64,000 nucleotides of DNA from an uncultured Planctomycetales bacterium (GTDB lineage Bacteria > Omnitrophota > Gorgyraeia > Zapsychrales > Zapsychraceae). The DNA is taken from assembly GCA_964630825.1 (NCBI GenBank), contig CAZVZR010000005.1, positions 3,545-67,544 of the forward strand, read 5' to 3'. A program made the position numbers and the translations under genes. Under the pieces are notes generated by a model. The model ran no database searches and was not told the DNA's origin. It saw only the letters and a program-made list of their open reading frames with translations. Positions 11,096-21,579 of this stretch are shown here, one piece after another (position 1 is the stretch's first letter; each line of letters begins with the position of its first letter).

Positions 11096-11097
11096 GT

Positions 11098-12447
11098 ATG
11101 CTTTCTTCATTTCTCAACTGTTTTAAGATCCCAGAGCTTAAATACAAGATTCTTTTTACTCTGGGGATCATTGCCGCTTACCGGATTGGTTGTTATATTC
11201 CGACACCGGGCGTAAACGGAGCGATGTTGAAGCAGTATTTTGATCAAATTGAAGCTTCAACGGGCGGAGGCAACGTTTTTGGTGTTATGAATATGTTTTC
11301 CGGAGGCGCGCTGCAGAAAATGACAGTTTTTTCTTTGGGGAACATGCCGTATATTTCCAGTTCGATTATTTTACAGTTATTAACGGCGGTAATTCCTGCA
11401 TTAGAGAAAATTGCGAAAGAAGGGCAAGCTGGTTACCATAAAATTAATCAGTATACACGTTATGGTACATTAATTTTAGCGCTTGTTCAGTCTTTTTTTA
11501 TTGCTCTTTGGCTTGAAAGCCCACATGCCTTTCAAGGCCTCCAGATTGTTAATAATCCGGGTTGGCTTTTTCGCTTGACCACGGTTTTAACTTTATGTTC
11601 TGGGACTTTGTTATTGATGTGGTTCGGCGAACAGATTCAAGAGAAAGGAATTGGTAACGGAATTTCTCTTATTATTGCGGCAGGGATTATTTCATCTGCA
11701 CCGACGGCAGTCCAGCGGTTGATTTTATTGTTGTCCCCGGCTTCTGGAGGGACAAGGCAGTTACAGCCGTTGACGGTTGTTATTATGATTTGTTTTTTGG
11801 TGGGAGTTATTTTGTCGGTTACACTTATTACCCAAGCGCAACGCAAAATACCTGTTCAATACGCGCGGCGAATTGTGGGCCGAAAGGTATACGGTGGGCA
11901 AAGCACATATATCCCCTTAAAGGTTGATACGTCGGGCGTTATTGCTATCATTTTTGCGCAATCGATTATTTTATTTCCTGCTACTCTGGCAAGTTTTATT
12001 CCGCACCCGGGGTTTCAACATTTTGCGCATATCATTTCCCGGGGGAATTTGTCCTATTACATTATTTATGGCTTGCTAATTGTATTTTTTTGTTATTTTT
12101 ATACGGCAATTATCTTTAACCCGATTGATGTGGCAGAGAATATGAAAAAATACGGCGGATTTATACCGGGGGTTCGTCCAGGTACGCAGACAGCGGATTA
12201 TTTAGATTTTGTTATGACACGCATCACGTTAGCCGGGGCTATGTTTATCTGCGCTATTGCCGTTATGCCAGATGCGATTATGGCGTCATTTAAAGTTCCA
12301 TATTTAGTGGCGTCTTTCTTTGGCGGGACCGGAGTTTTAATTATCGTTGGCGTTATGCTGGACACGATGAAACAGATAGAATCGCATTTGGTGATGCGCC
12401 ATTATGATGGTTTCATGAAAACCGGGCAGTTGAAAGGCCGGCGATGA
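11098..12447 (+). CDS. secY: preprotein translocase subunit SecY
   Basis: 449 aa, 10 TM helices, in conserved spc position. Confidence 0.95.
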   Translation: MLSSFLNCFKIPELKYKILFTLGIIAAYRIGCYIPTPGVNGAMLKQYFDQIEASTGGGNVFGVMNMFSGGALQKMTVFSLGNMPYISSSIILQLLTAVIPALEKIAKEGQAGYHKINQYTRYGTLILALVQSFFIALWLESPHAFQGLQIVNNPGWLFRLTTVLTLCSGTLLLMWFGEQIQEKGIGNGISLIIAAGIISSAPTAVQRLILLLSPASGGTRQLQPLTVVIMICFLVGVILSVTLITQAQRKIPVQYARRIVGRKVYGGQSTYIPLKVDTSGVIAIIFAQSIILFPATLASFIPHPGFQHFAHIISRGNLSYYIIYGLLIVFFCYFYTAIIFNPIDVAENMKKYGGFIPGVRPGTQTADYLDFVMTRITLAGAMFICAIAVMPDAIMASFKVPYLVASFFGGTGVLIIVGVMLDTMKQIESHLVMRHYDGFMKTGQLKGRR

Positions 12448-13106
12448 ATTTGGTTTTACTGGGGCCACCAGGAGCTGGAAAAGGCTCATTGGCGGGATTG
12501 CTCAAAGAGGCCTTGGGAATTTCTCATATTTCTACAGGAGATATTTTGCGTGATGAAATGGCCAAGAATTCGCTATTGGGCCAAGAAGCAAAGAATTATA
12601 TGGAAAGAGGCGAGTTGGTCCCCGATGAGCTTGTGACCAAGATTGTCCGGCAAAAGTTAGTGGTTAATGGCGCTGGAGAAAAAGGTTTTATGCTCGACGG
12701 TTTTCCGCGGACGAAGGTACAGGCGGAAGAGTTGGATAAGATACTCATCGAAGCAAAAAAACCTATTGATTATATTTTGTATATGGAGTCGACGCTGCCG
12801 GTCATTCTTAACAGGTTAACCGGTCGGCGTGTTTGCCGCAAGTGTGGGGCCTTATTTCATTTGAAAAATAAACCACCCAAACAGCAAGGGATTTGCAATG
12901 AATGCGGCGGAGAGTTGCAGCAGAGGAAGGATGACCAAGAGGATACGATTCGGCATCGCATTGATGTTTATAAAGAGAATATCAGGCCGATCGTTGATTA
13001 TTATAAACGGCAAGGCAAGCTTGAAATAGTAAATGGTGATAAAGAAACTAAAGACGTTCAGCAGGCTCTATTAAAAAAAATTAATGCAGACGGAAAATGT
13101 AATTAG
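12444..13106 (+). CDS. adk: adenylate kinase (Zn-binding lid: CRKCG...CNECG)
   Basis: GPPGAGKGS P-loop and a four-Cys lid. 220 aa. Confidence 0.93.
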   Translation: MNLVLLGPPGAGKGSLAGLLKEALGISHISTGDILRDEMAKNSLLGQEAKNYMERGELVPDELVTKIVRQKLVVNGAGEKGFMLDGFPRTKVQAEELDKILIEAKKPIDYILYMESTLPVILNRLTGRRVCRKCGALFHLKNKPPKQQGICNECGGELQQRKDDQEDTIRHRIDVYKENIRPIVDYYKRQGKLEIVNGDKETKDVQQALLKKINADGKCN

Positions 13107-13845
13107 TATTAAGACTCCCGAAGAGTTAGCAGTGTTGCGCGAGGCCGGGAAGATTTTAGCAGGGATTGTAACGGAATTAAAAGGCTCTTTGAAAAGTGGT
13201 ATTAAGACGAAAGAAGTCGATGCGATAGCGGAAGAGCTTATCAGCGCACGTAAAGTTGTGCCCGCTTTTAAAGGCTATCGAGGTTTCCCGGGTTGCGTTT
13301 GTATATCGATTAATAACGAAGTTGTTCATGGAATACCGTCGGATAGGGTTGTGCGTGAGGGCGATATTGTTAGTTTAGATGTTGGCATTGTTTATAAAGG
13401 TTATTATTCGGATACGGCGGTAACGGTAGGCATCGGGAAAATTAAGCCTGAATGGCAAAAGTTATTAAAGGTGACGGAAGAGTCGTTAAACTTGGGAATT
13501 GAAGCGGCAAAGGTTGACAACCATCTTTCTGACATATCCCATGCGGTTCAAAAATTTGTTGAAGCTAACGGATTTTCAGTAGTACGTGAATTTGTCGGGC
13601 ATGGTATTGGGCGCCAGTTGCATGAAGAACCGGAAGTTCCCAATTTTGGCCCGCCGCATTGTGGCCCGGTGTTAAAGGAAGGAATGGTTTTGGCGATTGA
13701 GCCAATGGTAAATTTAGGCACGGCATACACAAGGATTTTGGAAGACGGGTGGACCGTATCGACGCAAGACGGTGAGCCATCAGCACATTTTGAACATACA
13801 ATTGCAATTACGCGAAAAGGCCCGGAAATTTTTACGAAAGATTAG
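13084..13845 (+). CDS. map: methionine aminopeptidase type I
   Basis: 253 aa M24A with metal ligands (D..D..H..E..E). Confidence 0.93.
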   Translation: MQTENVISIKTPEELAVLREAGKILAGIVTELKGSLKSGIKTKEVDAIAEELISARKVVPAFKGYRGFPGCVCISINNEVVHGIPSDRVVREGDIVSLDVGIVYKGYYSDTAVTVGIGKIKPEWQKLLKVTEESLNLGIEAAKVDNHLSDISHAVQKFVEANGFSVVREFVGHGIGRQLHEEPEVPNFGPPHCGPVLKEGMVLAIEPMVNLGTAYTRILEDGWTVSTQDGEPSAHFEHTIAITRKGPEIFTKD

Positions 13846-13856
13846 ATTAATAAAAT

Positions 13857-14075
13857 ATGGCAAAAGAAGATTTAATAGAAGTAGAGGGAGTAGTTAAAGA
13901 AGCGCTACCTAACGCAAAGTTTAGGGTGGAGTTAGAAAATGGGCATTTGGTGGAAGCCCATATTTCCGGAAAAATAAGGATGCATTTTATTCGGATTTTA
14001 CCTGGTGATACAGTTAAGGTTGAACTTTCACCGTATGATTTGACAAAGGGCCGGATAACATTTAGGGGTAAATAA
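13857..14075 (+). CDS. infA: translation initiation factor IF-1
   Basis: 72 aa with an S1-like fold: [12 protein letters not shown]...RVELENGH. Confidence 0.95.
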   Translation: MAKEDLIEVEGVVKEALPNAKFRVELENGHLVEAHISGKIRMHFIRILPGDTVKVELSPYDLTKGRITFRGK

Positions 14076-14188
14076 TGAAAGTAAAATCATCAGTTCAGAG
14101 AATTTGTGCCCATTGCAAAATTGTTCGACGCAAGGGAGTAGTACGAGTCATTTGTAGCAATCCAAAACATAAGCAAAGGCAGGGATAA
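14075..14188 (+). CDS. rpmJ: 50S ribosomal protein L36
   Basis: Absent from the ORF track because it is under 60 aa. The 37-aa product [37 protein letters not shown] has the C..C...C..H zinc ribbon. Its ATG overlaps the infA stop by 1 nt. Confidence 0.85.
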   Translation: MKVKSSVQRICAHCKIVRRKGVVRVICSNPKHKQRQG

Positions 14189-14192
14189 AGTT

Positions 14193-14570
14193 ATGCCAAG
14201 AATACTGGGTATTGATCTTCCAAACGATAAGCGGATTGAAGCCTCTCTTCCATATCTTTACGGGATAGGCTGGACGAGGTCGAGGGAAATTTTAAAGAAA
14301 GCGAATATTGACCCCAACTTAAGGGCGCGCGAATTAACCGACGAGCAAATTTCAAAGATAGTGTCGATTATTCAAACAAGTTACGTCGTTGAAGGGGATC
14401 TTCGCCGCGATATTAGTGAAAATATTAAACGGTTAAGTGATATTGGCCAGTACCGCGGATTGCGGCATCGAAAAAATATGCCTGTTCGTGGACAACGAAC
14501 AAAAACCAATGCCCGTACCCGAAAAGGGAGAAAACCGATCATTGCTGCTAAATTTAAGGAAGAAAAATAA
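14193..14570 (+). CDS. rpsM: 30S ribosomal protein S13
   Basis: Starts MPRILGIDLPNDKRIE, the S13 signature. Confidence 0.95.
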   Translation: MPRILGIDLPNDKRIEASLPYLYGIGWTRSREILKKANIDPNLRARELTDEQISKIVSIIQTSYVVEGDLRRDISENIKRLSDIGQYRGLRHRKNMPVRGQRTKTNARTRKGRKPIIAAKFKEEK

Positions 14571-14586
14571 TTTTTAAGGAGATAAA

Positions 14587-15027
14587 ATGAGTACTGATAA
14601 AGTAAGCAAACCAACAGAAACAGCCGCAGACATAAAAGCGGTTAAACGGCGAGAAAAGGCCAAGAAGAAAGCTTTGAAAGGCATTACGGCCGGTTGGGCG
14701 CATATCAAATCAACTTTTAACAATACCATGATTACAATTACCGATAAGCAGGGCAATGTGTTGACTTGGGCGACGCCTGGCGTCGTCGGTTTTCATGGAT
14801 CCAAGAAGTCGACACCTTTCGCCGCTCAGGTAGCCAGTGCTAATGCAGCAATCAAAGCAAAAGAACTGGGTTTAAAAAGCGTGGATGTTATCGTAAAAGG
14901 TCCCGGTTCTGGTCGGGAATCAGCTATTAGAGCATTGCAGGCCAGTGGCCTGGCGGTCACTTCCATTAAAGATTTGACACCGTTACCACATAACGGCTGT
15001 CGAGCAAGAAAAAAACGAAGAGTCTAG
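14587..15027 (+). CDS. rpsK: 30S ribosomal protein S11
   Basis: 146 aa with S11 C-terminal motifs. Confidence 0.95.
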   Translation: MSTDKVSKPTETAADIKAVKRREKAKKKALKGITAGWAHIKSTFNNTMITITDKQGNVLTWATPGVVGFHGSKKSTPFAAQVASANAAIKAKELGLKSVDVIVKGPGSGRESAIRALQASGLAVTSIKDLTPLPHNGCRARKKRRV

Positions 15028-15044
15028 GAGGCTTAGAAAAATTT

Positions 15045-15674
15045 ATGAGTTTATATACTGGGTCAAGTTGCCGTTTATGCCGAAGAGAGGGGGAGAAGCT
15101 ATTTTTAAAAGGGACAAGATGTTCAACTCATCGTTGCGCAATTGAACGTCGTGAGTACAGTCCTGGCCAGCACGGTGCTGCACGTAAAACAAAACTTTCC
15201 GACTTCGGTCTTCAGCTTCGAGAAAAACAGAAAGTTAAAAGAATTTACGGGTTGCGTGAACGTCAATTCCGCAACTATTTTCATAAAGCGGCGAGCCAAA
15301 AGGGTGTTACGGGGTCCACATTGCTTCAGTATTTGGAAAGAAGGCTGGACAACGTTGTTTATCAATTAGGGTTTTGTTCTTCCCGTAATCAAGCCCGACA
15401 GGTTGTCGGTCATGGTTTTGTTTATGTGAATGATAACCGCGTGAATGTCCCCTCGTTTTTAGTTAAAGAAAACGATGAAATTAACCTTCGCTTTAAGAAA
15501 ACAGGGCAAAAATTGATACAGGATAATCTTGAGGCAGGTAAAGAACGCAAGATTCCGGCTTGGTTGGAAGTTGACCAAGGGCATTTTAGGGCCAAGATTA
15601 AACGGTTGCCTCAAAGAGAAGATATCGGTTTTCCAGTAAATGAACAGCTTATCGTTGAGTTGTATTCCAGATAA
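15045..15674 (+). CDS. rpsD: 30S ribosomal protein S4
   Basis: 209 aa with an N-terminal Cys cluster and an S4 RNA-binding domain. Confidence 0.95.
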   Translation: MSLYTGSSCRLCRREGEKLFLKGTRCSTHRCAIERREYSPGQHGAARKTKLSDFGLQLREKQKVKRIYGLRERQFRNYFHKAASQKGVTGSTLLQYLERRLDNVVYQLGFCSSRNQARQVVGHGFVYVNDNRVNVPSFLVKENDEINLRFKKTGQKLIQDNLEAGKERKIPAWLEVDQGHFRAKIKRLPQREDIGFPVNEQLIVELYSR

Positions 15675-15725
15675 AAATGTATTCATTGTTTTTTAGAGAA
15701 GTTTAATTATTCAAGGAGGAAGCAT

Positions 15726-16715
15726 ATGGGAGTAAAGTGGCGAGATTTTCAAATGCCTAAAAGGCTGGAATGTGATGAAGCAAGTTATAATGATACTTAC
15801 GGTAAGTTCATTGCCGAGCCTTTTGAGCGAGGATATGGTGTAACATTAGGCAATTCGCTGCGTCGTATTTTGTTATCGTCAATCGAAGGTAGTTCTGTGA
15901 CTTCGGTCAAGATTGACGGCGCACGGCATGAGTTTTCAACATTGCCAGGTGTAATGGAAACAGTTTCTGAAATCATCTTGAATATTAAGAAACTCATTAT
16001 TCGCTCGCATTCCAAGGTAGCCAAAACGGTTCATATTAAAGCCGAGAAGAAAGGGGATATCACCGCAGGAGATATTATCTGTGATGAAACAATAGAAGTT
16101 CTTAACCCCAATCTTCATATTGCCACTTTGACCCGTGATGCTCATTTTTATATTGAAATGGAAGTTGCTCGGGGCCGTGGTTATGTGCCTGCAGAACTTA
16201 ATAAAAAAGAAGCACAAGTAGATGCTATTGCCATTGACGCTATTTTTACGCCAATTAAGAAAATTAATTTTGAGGTGGAAAATACACGCGTCGGTCAAAG
16301 GACAGATTATGACCGCTTAATTATGGAGATTTGGACGAATGGCGGCGTTAATCCTAAAGAGGCGATGCTTTACGGTGCCAATATCCTACAAAGGCATTTG
16401 GATGTTTTTGTCAGTTATGGTCAACTTCCTGAAGAAGAGGAAGAAGACGAAGAAATATCGGCAGAAGAACAAGCCCTTTATGAAAAACTCCGTTTACCCA
16501 TTTCTGAACTAGAGTTGTCGGTACGCAGTGCGAACTGCCTTAAAGAGGCCAATATCAAAACTATTGCCGAGTTGGTCAAAAAGACTGAATCTGAATTATT
16601 GAGTTTTCGTAATTTCGGAAAAAAATCTTTGACCGAAATCAATGACCTCTTGAAAGTTATGGGGTTAAATCTAGGCATGAAATTGGATATGAAAAAGTTG
16701 CGGAAAAGAGAGTAA
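15726..16715 (+). CDS. rpoA: DNA-directed RNA polymerase alpha subunit
   Basis: 329 aa with N-terminal domain and alpha-CTD. Confidence 0.95.
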   Translation: MGVKWRDFQMPKRLECDEASYNDTYGKFIAEPFERGYGVTLGNSLRRILLSSIEGSSVTSVKIDGARHEFSTLPGVMETVSEIILNIKKLIIRSHSKVAKTVHIKAEKKGDITAGDIICDETIEVLNPNLHIATLTRDAHFYIEMEVARGRGYVPAELNKKEAQVDAIAIDAIFTPIKKINFEVENTRVGQRTDYDRLIMEIWTNGGVNPKEAMLYGANILQRHLDVFVSYGQLPEEEEEDEEISAEEQALYEKLRLPISELELSVRSANCLKEANIKTIAELVKKTESELLSFRNFGKKSLTEINDLLKVMGLNLGMKLDMKKLRKRE

Positions 16716-16716
16716 G

Positions 16717-17433
16717 ATGCGACATAAAATTAGTGGAAATAAATTAAGCCGGAATCAGAGTTTGCGCATGGCGACCGTCAGGGATATCGCCAAGGCCACG
16801 CTTATTTGTCAGAGAATTTGCACCACCAAGGCTAAGGCCAAAGAAGCGCGCAAAGTCGTCGACAGATTAATCACGCTGGGTAAAAAAGGAACCTTAACGG
16901 ATAAACGGCGTGCTTTCTCTATATTGTGTGATCATCAGCTGGTGAGTGATTTATTTAAGAAAACATCACCGCTATTCAAAAATCGTATCGGTGGCTATAC
17001 CCGAATCATTCCTTTAAGCACACGTAAGGGAGACAATGCACAGCTTGTTTACTTAGAGCTTACAGAAAAAGAAGAGTTGATGGCTCCTAAACCTAAAGCA
17101 GTTACAAAGAAACAGGACAAAACAGCTAAAGAACCAAAAGATTCAACAGAGTTGCAAAAAGAAAAGAAGGTAAAGAAAAGTGAAGCTAAAGCTGAACCGG
17201 TGAAAACTGCCAAGAAAAAAGAAGAAAAAGTTGTGACTGCTCCCAAAGAGGAGCCACAGGCAATGGATGTGATTACCCCAGAACCAGTGAAAGAGGAAGC
17301 AAAAACAGAAATTCCGCAACCTGAGAAAGTAAAAGCAGAAGAAACTCAGAAAATTCCTGAAGACACAAAAGAAAAAAAGAAGGGGTTTAGTTTAAAGGAT
17401 TTATTTGGTCGAAAGAAGCCTTCAGGAGAATAG
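16717..17433 (+). CDS. rplQ: 50S ribosomal protein L17 with a Lys/Glu/Pro-rich C-terminal tail of about 120 aa
   Basis: L17 core in residues 1-115 (MRHKISGNKLSR...). The rest of the 238-aa product is a low-complexity KEPKA-rich tail. Confidence 0.9.
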   Translation: MRHKISGNKLSRNQSLRMATVRDIAKATLICQRICTTKAKAKEARKVVDRLITLGKKGTLTDKRRAFSILCDHQLVSDLFKKTSPLFKNRIGGYTRIIPLSTRKGDNAQLVYLELTEKEELMAPKPKAVTKKQDKTAKEPKDSTELQKEKKVKKSEAKAEPVKTAKKKEEKVVTAPKEEPQAMDVITPEPVKEEAKTEIPQPEKVKAEETQKIPEDTKEKKKGFSLKDLFGRKKPSGE

Positions 17434-17437
17434 GAAT

Positions 17438-18619
17438 TTGGCAACTTTGACATTAAAGATTAACAAGCGCATTAAAGAAGTTGTTGGTTCGACCACTTTA
17501 GCGATTACTGCCCGGGCTAAAGAGCTTAAAGCAAAAGGGCATGATGTTGTTAATTTTGCCGGCGGCGAACCAGATTTTGATACACCCGATACCATTAAGG
17601 CCGCTGCAGTTCAGGCGATAAAAGATGGTTTCACGAAATATACCCCGAGCACTGGCACACCCGAATTAAGACAAGCGATAGCCGATAAATTCAAGAAAGA
17701 AAACCAGCTTCAATACAGCCCTTCCCAAATTGTCGTTTCTTGCGGCGCCAAACACTCAATTTTTAATTTAATTCAAATTTTAGCGGATGATGAAGACGAA
17801 GTCCTTATCCCCGCTCCTTATTGGGTCAGTTATCCGGAGATGGTCAAAATCGCCGGAGCAACGTCAAAATTTATCCCGACAACTGTCCGGGAAGATTTCA
17901 AAATTACGGCCAAACAACTTTCAAAATATATTACAGATAAAACACGGGTTTTGATTTTAAATTCTCCGTCTAACCCGACGGGAATGTTATATACTAAGGA
18001 AGAGTTAGAACCCATTGCCGAAGTTTGCGTTAAGAACAATATTTGGGTTATCAGCGATGAAATTTATGAAAAACTCATTTATGATGCGCAAGGGTTTACA
18101 TCCATCGCAGCATTGGGGAAAGAGATTTATGATTTAACATTTACAGTCAACGGTGTTTCGAAGGCCTATTCCATGACGGGATGGCGGATCGGTTATAGCG
18201 CTGGTAATGCCGAGGTTATGGAATACGTGAAAAAGTTTCAGGACCACACAACTTCTAATCCTACTTCTATTAGCCAGATGGCGGCTCTTCAAGCGTTAAA
18301 AGAACCGGAAGAAATCGTCTCGGGAATGTGCGATAAATTTTTGAAGCGGCGAAATTTAATGGCATCTTTGATTGATGAAATCCCGCAAATAAGCTATATT
18401 ATGCCTCAAGGTGCTTTTTATATGTTTTGCGATTTTTCCCGAGTAGGAGGCTCTACCGAGGAAATTGCCAAAATGATTTTAGATGATATTAAAGTTGCCG
18501 TAATTCCCGGAGATGGATTCGGCGCCCCCGGGTTTATCCGTTTAAGCTTTGCTACTTCAGATGAAAGAATAAAAGAAGGCATTAAACGGATTAAAGATTG
18601 GGTTTCAAAGCGTTCTTAA
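17438..18619 (+). CDS. class-I aminotransferase (aspartate/aromatic type, PLP-dependent)
   Basis: TTG start with an AGGAGAA RBS immediately after the rplQ stop. Motifs LAITARAKELKAKGHDVVNFAGGEPDF and NSPSNPTG; the PLP lysine is at SKAYSMTGWRIGY. Confidence 0.8.
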   Translation: MATLTLKINKRIKEVVGSTTLAITARAKELKAKGHDVVNFAGGEPDFDTPDTIKAAAVQAIKDGFTKYTPSTGTPELRQAIADKFKKENQLQYSPSQIVVSCGAKHSIFNLIQILADDEDEVLIPAPYWVSYPEMVKIAGATSKFIPTTVREDFKITAKQLSKYITDKTRVLILNSPSNPTGMLYTKEELEPIAEVCVKNNIWVISDEIYEKLIYDAQGFTSIAALGKEIYDLTFTVNGVSKAYSMTGWRIGYSAGNAEVMEYVKKFQDHTTSNPTSISQMAALQALKEPEEIVSGMCDKFLKRRNLMASLIDEIPQISYIMPQGAFYMFCDFSRVGGSTEEIAKMILDDIKVAVIPGDGFGAPGFIRLSFATSDERIKEGIKRIKDWVSKRS

Positions 18620-18647
18620 TATCAATCTTTTTTAGAAATAAATAAAA

Positions 18648-19712
18648 ATGGCCGACCTAAAAAAATTTCTTTTGTTATGTATCGAAAAAAGAGCTTCCGA
18701 TTTGCACTTAACGGAAAACGCCTCGCCTATTTTACGTATTGACGGAGATCTGGTCCATACGTCATTCCCTCCTTTACTCCGGGAAGAATTAAAAAAAAGT
18801 ATTTATAGTGTGTTATCCGATGCCCAGAAAGAGCAGTTTGAGCGGGATTGGGAATTGGACTTTTCTCTCGCCTTGGAAGGAATGGAGCGTTTTCGTGTTA
18901 ATGTGCACGTTCAACGCGGTTCCATTGAAGCTGCTTTCCGTAGAATTCCTCTAGAAGTTCCGGATATTGCTGAATTAGGATTACCTCCGGTAGTTATGGA
19001 TTTTGCCCGTCGACCCAACGGGCTTATTTTGGTTACTGGAATTACGGGTTCGGGCAAATCAACAACGCTAGCCGGAATGATTAATTTGATCAATTCGGAA
19101 AGCGCTTGTATGATAACTATCATTGAAGACCCGATCGAATATATTCACCAAAATAAAAAATCAATTGTCAAGCAACGCGAAGTACACAGCGATACGCATT
19201 CTTTTGCAGAAGCCCTTAAGCGGGCTCTTCGGCAGGATCCGGATGTTATTGTCATCGGTGAAATGCGTGACTTAGAAACGGTTTCAACCGCACTTACCGC
19301 AGCGGAAACAGGCCACCTTGTTATGGCAACCTTGCACACTCCCGATGCCCCGCAGAGTATTGAGCGTATTATTGACGTTTTTCCCTCTCACCAGCAACAG
19401 CAGGTACGCCTTCAGTTGTCAGCTTGTTTGCAGGGCGTCATCTCTCAAACATTGTTACCGAAAGCCCAGGGAAAAGGGCGGGTGCTTGCGACGGAAGTTC
19501 TGGTGGCAACTCCTGCCGTCAGAAATCTTATCCGTGAACAAGCGATTGAACAGATTCCCACCGCTATTCAGACAGGTGCCCAGTATGGCATGCATACGAT
19601 GGATACAGCGCTAAAGGTCCTTTATAAAGAAGGTTTGATTACTTATGAAGACGCTTTGTCGCAAGTGAGAAACATGGAAGAATTCCAGCAACTTTTACGA
19701 GAGGATGAATAA
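18648..19712 (+). CDS. pilT: type IV pilus retraction ATPase PilT
   Basis: 354 aa with Walker A GITGSGKSTT, Asp box and His box. Typical PilT length. Confidence 0.85.
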   Translation: MADLKKFLLLCIEKRASDLHLTENASPILRIDGDLVHTSFPPLLREELKKSIYSVLSDAQKEQFERDWELDFSLALEGMERFRVNVHVQRGSIEAAFRRIPLEVPDIAELGLPPVVMDFARRPNGLILVTGITGSGKSTTLAGMINLINSESACMITIIEDPIEYIHQNKKSIVKQREVHSDTHSFAEALKRALRQDPDVIVIGEMRDLETVSTALTAAETGHLVMATLHTPDAPQSIERIIDVFPSHQQQQVRLQLSACLQGVISQTLLPKAQGKGRVLATEVLVATPAVRNLIREQAIEQIPTAIQTGAQYGMHTMDTALKVLYKEGLITYEDALSQVRNMEEFQQLLREDE

Positions 19713-19734
19713 TCCTTAAAAGGAGATCCTAGAG

Positions 19735-20820
19735 ATGCCATACAATATCACACTGCTTCCAGGAGACGGAATAGGGCCCGAAGTGACTTCAGCGATGCGT
19801 AAATGCGTTGATGCTCTTGGAGTTGGCATTAATTGGGAAGTTCACGAGGTCGGTGAATATGCGATTAAGAAACATGGAACACCGATGCCCGACCATGTGT
19901 TTGAATCTATACGTAAAAATAAAGTTGCTATCAAAGGGCCAATCGTAACGCCTGTGGGTAAGGGGTTTAGGTCAGTCAACGTCCTGTTAAGGCAGAGTTT
20001 GGAACTTTACGCTTGTGTTCGTCCGGCAAAATATTATCCAGGGACCAATTGCAAGACAGACAAACTGAACGTGGTTATTTTCCGTGAGAACATGGAAGAT
20101 TTGTACGCCGGGATTGAATTTGAGAAACAAAGTAAAGAATGTCTTACCCTGATTGATTTACTCCATCAGTTGCAGGATAAAAAAATTCCGCGTGATTCGG
20201 GGATTTCCATAAAACCTATTTCTGTCAAACGGACACAAAAGATAGTTAAAGCGGCGTGCGAGTATGCGGTTAAAAACAACCGGCAGAAAGTGACGATTGT
20301 ACATAAAGCCAATATTATGAAATATACGGATGGGTTATTTTTAAACGTTGGGCTTGAAGTAGCCAAAGATTATGAGGATAAATTAATTATCCGTGACTGT
20401 ATTGTGGATAATTTGTGCATGCAGTTGATTCAGCGGCCGGAGCATTTTGATGTCCTGGTATTGCCTAATTTATACGGGGATCTTATTTCTGATCTTTGTG
20501 CCGGGCTTGTCGGAGGATTAGGGATTGCGCCTGGTGCCAATATCGGTGATGAGGCTGCTTTATTTGAGCCAGTGCATGGATCTGCACCTAAATATGCTGG
20601 TCAGGATAAATGCAATCCGACAGCAACGATTCTTTCTGCGGTCATGATGCTTCGCCATCTTAATGAAATTAAAGCTGCCGATCGGTTAGAGAATGCTGTC
20701 AGTGAGGTGCTTAAAGAAGGCAAGTTTGTAACTTATGATTTAAAAGTCAATCGGGATGACCCGTCTGCAGTAAGCACAACAAAGATGGCGGAAGCGATTT
20801 GCCAGAAGTTAAAGGCATAA
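19735..20820 (+). CDS. isocitrate/isopropylmalate dehydrogenase family protein (likely NAD-dependent IDH)
   Basis: Motifs NLYGDLISDLCAGLVGGLGIAPGANIGD and GSAPKYAGQDKCNP. The exact substrate cannot be fixed from sequence alone. Confidence 0.75.
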   Translation: MPYNITLLPGDGIGPEVTSAMRKCVDALGVGINWEVHEVGEYAIKKHGTPMPDHVFESIRKNKVAIKGPIVTPVGKGFRSVNVLLRQSLELYACVRPAKYYPGTNCKTDKLNVVIFRENMEDLYAGIEFEKQSKECLTLIDLLHQLQDKKIPRDSGISIKPISVKRTQKIVKAACEYAVKNNRQKVTIVHKANIMKYTDGLFLNVGLEVAKDYEDKLIIRDCIVDNLCMQLIQRPEHFDVLVLPNLYGDLISDLCAGLVGGLGIAPGANIGDEAALFEPVHGSAPKYAGQDKCNPTATILSAVMMLRHLNEIKAADRLENAVSEVLKEGKFVTYDLKVNRDDPSAVSTTKMAEAICQKLKA

Positions 20821-20898
20821 GGTAAGCAGTAAAAACGAGGGCTAAAAGCTTAACCCCGTTCCAATTTTCCAAATGCATTGGTGCGGGGCTTATTATTT

Positions 20899-21570
20899 AT
20901 GGTAACTACTGTTATTAAAGATTTAGGTTTAATTGATTACCAAAAAGCTTATTCGATTCAAAAGGAGCTGGTTCAAGAGGCTTTAGACAGTGGCCGACAA
21001 ACTATTATATTCTGTGAGCATCCCACCGTTATTACTTTAGGGCGTTTAGCCAATAAAAAAAATCTTTTAGCCACCCGAGATGTTTTAAATAAAAAAAATA
21101 TTCCGGTGTGTCAGGTAGATAGAGGCGGCGATATAACGTTGCACACTCCCGGGCAATTGGTAATTTATCCTATTTTGAATTTGGTGAATTATAAGAAAGA
21201 TTTGCACTGGTATTTAAGAAAATTAGAGGAGCTCACCATTGATTTATTAAGCGATTTTGGTATAGTGGCTGATAGGTTCACTCCGAATACTGGAGTTTGG
21301 GTGGGAAACAATAAGATTGCTTCAATCGGTATCGGGGTCCGTCGGTGGGTTACCTACCACGGGTTAGCATTGAATGTACTAACAAATTTAGAGCTTTTTT
21401 CAATGATCCGGCCATGCGGGCTGGATGTGATGATGACATCAATGAGTGAAGTAAAAGCAAGCCAGCAAAAAATGGTAGAGGTAAAAAAAGCCTTTATAAG
21501 GCATTTTGTCGAGTATTTCTCATTAAATATTACCAATAGAAACAGTTCAAGGAATTTGTCTTTTGTGTAA
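20899..21570 (+). CDS. lipB: lipoyl(octanoyl) transferase
   Basis: LipB family (DRGGDITLHTPGQLVIYPIL). The ATG at 20899 is preferred over the 20878 ORF start. Confidence 0.8.
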   Translation: MVTTVIKDLGLIDYQKAYSIQKELVQEALDSGRQTIIFCEHPTVITLGRLANKKNLLATRDVLNKKNIPVCQVDRGGDITLHTPGQLVIYPILNLVNYKKDLHWYLRKLEELTIDLLSDFGIVADRFTPNTGVWVGNNKIASIGIGVRRWVTYHGLALNVLTNLELFSMIRPCGLDVMMTSMSEVKASQQKMVEVKKAFIRHFVEYFSLNITNRNSSRNLSFV

Positions 21571-21579
21571 AGGGATCAT

